A stretch of DNA of 64,000 nucleotides from Oikopleura dioica (lineage: Eukaryota > Animalia > Chordata): assembly GCA_907165135.1 (NCBI GenBank), contig OU015566.1:6758001-6822000 (forward strand), in the 5' to 3' direction. Of the stretch, positions 61,201 through 64,000 are shown piece by piece. Within the stretch, counting starts at the first letter, position 1; each line of letters begins with the position of its first letter. Below the pieces are notes generated by a model. The model was not told the DNA's origin. It saw only the letters and a program-made list of their open reading frames with translations, and did no database searches. The position numbers and the translations under genes are program-made.

Positions 61201-64000
61201 ATCCTCAACAGTTTCCTCGACGGTTACCGTCTCTTCAACCTTAATAGTCTCGTGAACAGATGCGCTGGAATCACTCTCAGTATCAGTCTCATTTTCAGTG
61301 CCCTCAAACGATTTGTGCGGTTCGACAAATGGTGTCGAGTTTTCTGTCAACTCTTCGACAGATTCATTGACGGTTTCTTTTGAAGCAAGTTCTTTCAGCA
61401 CTGCGCCGCCAATTATTGCTTTTCCAGGAGTAGGTGAGGCTGAGTCGGGTTTCGGAGCCGATTTAACGATTGCAGAGGACTCGACGGTCTCCACAGTTTC
61501 GATTATTTCGACCATTTCATCTTCGATAGTAGAATCGGACGATGTCGAGCTAGATTCAATCTCTTGAACAGGTTGTACTGGTTTGTCAAGGGAAATCGCA
61601 GCCATTATTTCTTCGTAGGATGGATCTTTTAGGGCTGGTTCCTTGGGACCTGCTTGCTGTTCTGCGGCTTCGTCTTCTGAAGACGACGAGGATGAGGTTT
61701 CGAACTTGATAAGCTGCTCTTCTTTTACTTCTGTGATTGTTTCCACGACTTCTTCCGTTGTATCTGGCTTTTCTTCCTCTTCCGCTTCATTTTTCAACTC
61801 ATAAACATCTTCTTCAGTCGTTGAAGAATCATAATCTTCATCATGCGCTTCTTGCTCTTTTTTGGAGATAATGATAGCAGCTGCAAGGTGCTTCTTTTTC
61901 TCCTCTTCTTCATCAGATTCTTCAGAATCCGACACACTGTCAGACGAAAGCGCTGGTTTGACATCTGTGGTAGGCATCGGTTCAGGAGTGAGGGTTCTTA
62001 AAATTATGTAATAGAAACACGAGTTCGCTGATATTGATTCTTACCTATTCGAGTCTGAATCGCTCCACTGACCTTCAGATACAGATGTATCCAGCTGCTT
62101 GTTTTCTGCTTCCACGATAGACTTACTCCACTGACCTTCGGAAACCGACGTCTCATCGCCATCTTTCTTCTCTTCCACGAGACTCTGATTAAAAGTTCCT
62201 CTTGAGATAGAAGACTCTGCATCGGACTTTTCCCAGTCTCCCTCTGAAACAGAAGTTTCATCAGCGTCATTCTGTTTTTCCGCGATGGACTGGTCAAAAG
62301 TTCCGTTTGATACTGAACTATCTTCATTCTCATATTGCGCAATCGGACGGGGAGGAGGGAGAGTTGGAAGGCGCTCTCCTCGTTCTACCAGAAGCTCCAG
62401 CCTTGAACCAGCATTCTTCAGCATATCGACAACATCCTTTATTTCATAGCCCTCGACTTCCCGCTCATCGATTGATTTGATGACATCGTTGGGTTTCAAA
62501 AAGGCCTTCGCAGCGGGAGAGTCATCACCAACAACGCTTACAACAATTGATTCATCGACCTTTCTAATGCCAAATCCAAAGCCAGGCTCATCGGGGAATT
62601 TTACAATAAGAATCTTTGTAAAAATCTCATCGCGAACAGCAAGTGTCAGGAATGTTGAAGTTTTAATGACTTCAATTACTTCGGTGATTTCCATGTCATT
62701 AACTGATTGGCCATTGATAGAGACGATTTCGTTCCCAGACAAAAGAGCTTCTGACGATGGAGAATCATGGGAGACTGATTGCACGATAAGACGATTGTTG
62801 ATTTCGGCGACGCCGAAGCCGAACTTTTCATCTTGCTCTTTCGACACTCGAATAATGCGACCATAAGCAGGGCGAACAACATTGTGGTAATGGTCTTGCT
62901 GGACAACTTCAGTTTTTTCTTCAACAATTGTTTCTGTTGCTTCTTCGACAGTATCTTCCTCGATTTCTACAGTAGTTTCTTCTGATCGCCGGACCTTCAA
63001 AACGATAAATTCAGTCGCTGAACTAATCAGTTCATAAATAGCCTTCAATTCCATCTCATCAACTTGCATATCTCCAATAAACACAATCTGATCTCCAACG
63101 AGAAGACCCGCCTGCTCGGAAGCGCTGTTTGGGTTGATGTGCTGTACTCTTATTCCATCGCTCTTGTGGATGGCGAAACCGTAGGATTGATCTCGCACGA
63201 CCTTAATTTCTAGTAGATCGCTATCGGGCTTTGGCTTTTGTTGCTGAGAAGCGACAGAGATAGCAGCTGCGGAAAGGACAGCTTTGTTGAAGCCAGCGGC
63301 TTTTTCATTAATCGCGCGATCTTCTGAGGACAGAGAGGACTCACTGGAAGAGTCTGAGAATCTAGTTTCAACGGGAATAACTTGCGTTGTCTCCTGGACC
63401 GTCACGGTCTCTTCGACCACTTCTTCATCTGTGCTACTCGAGTAGATACTGGCATTGTCGTGATTGATTTCAATGGGAGGGATAAGAGGAGGAACTGGTG
63501 GTAAGCTTTCAACAGGAGGTGGCCCAGAAGCTCTGTGTAAAAATAGAACAACAACTCCGTCCGCTTTCTTGATCTCTTCCAGCGCCGACTGAACATTGTT
63601 CTGATCCAAGGCTACTCCATTGATCATTATGATCTGGTCGTCAATTTCCAGTCCAGAGTTATCTGCAGGTGTATCTTCGTTGATACTTTTGATTAAAATC
63701 TTTCCGTCACGCTGACATACACCAAAGCCGTACGTCACATTTCTGACGATTTTGATTTCAAAGCCATCGAGTGGAACAGCGGTGGGAGTTTCTAAAATAT
63801 CGCTCTTTTCAGAATCACTATCGGATGATGACGACGATGATGATGAAATCGACAAGGTACGAGTGACGTCGTTGCGACCGACTTTGAGATTAACTTGGGT
63901 TGGATTGGATTTGAGGAGATCCATGATCTCGCGCGACTCCAAATGGTGAACTGGCTGATGGTTGACTTCGAGAAGAATGTCTCCTTCCCGAATTGTTGAA
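55293..64000 (-). CDS. MPDZ: MPDZ/PATJ-like multi-PDZ scaffold; at least 13 PDZ domains in the window, 5' end off the right edge
   Basis: C-terminal PDZs match MUPP1/PATJ PDZ10-13 motifs: GLGLSIAGGAETVLGCVVIHEVY...DGRL; PGQGLGL; LGISIAGGFGSALGDVPIFIA; GLGFSIVGGKDSPKGDLPIYIKTV...LKRGDQI. Stop at 55293-55295. Confidence 0.85.

Noticed and set aside
62477-62985. Plus-strand ORFs of 60-170 aa over the PDZ, taperin-like, mucin and FMR1 genes
   Set aside because: Antisense or alternate-frame shadows of clear coding exons, with no motifs of their own.

Overview
Compact, intron-rich eukaryotic DNA. Most introns are 39-50 nt, several must use non-GT donors (GA-AG), unpaired 3' acceptors sit just upstream of start codons, and MITEs are abundant. 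This fits an appendicularian tunicate such as Oikopleura dioica (inference, no database search run). Genes in order: 5' end of an unidentified S/P-rich gene (-, off the left edge); SLC22-type transporter (+); tyrosine aminotransferase TAT (+) with a 3-exon orphan gene nested antisense in one intron; a ~10.4-kb tandem triplication (unit ~3.46 kb) holding six PLAC8-family genes (two with a nonsense codon), truncated TAT copies and copies of the amnionless tail that gained a new ATG at the rearrangement junction; amnionless (-); a gene with three CENP-B/ABP1-like HTH repeats plus a C2H2 finger (-); ~8 kb of gene-poor, MITE-rich DNA with a foldback-like element and telomere-like hairpins; FMR1/FXR homolog (-); secreted or GPI-anchored mucin-like gene (-); C2H2 gene (-); MTHFSD (-); taperin/phostensin-like gene (-); MPDZ/PATJ-like multi-PDZ gene running off the right edge (-). 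Several single-base frameshifts fall in homopolymers and are probably consensus errors. Exon models were built by hand and family calls rest on remembered motifs, so both need RNA-seq and HMM confirmation.
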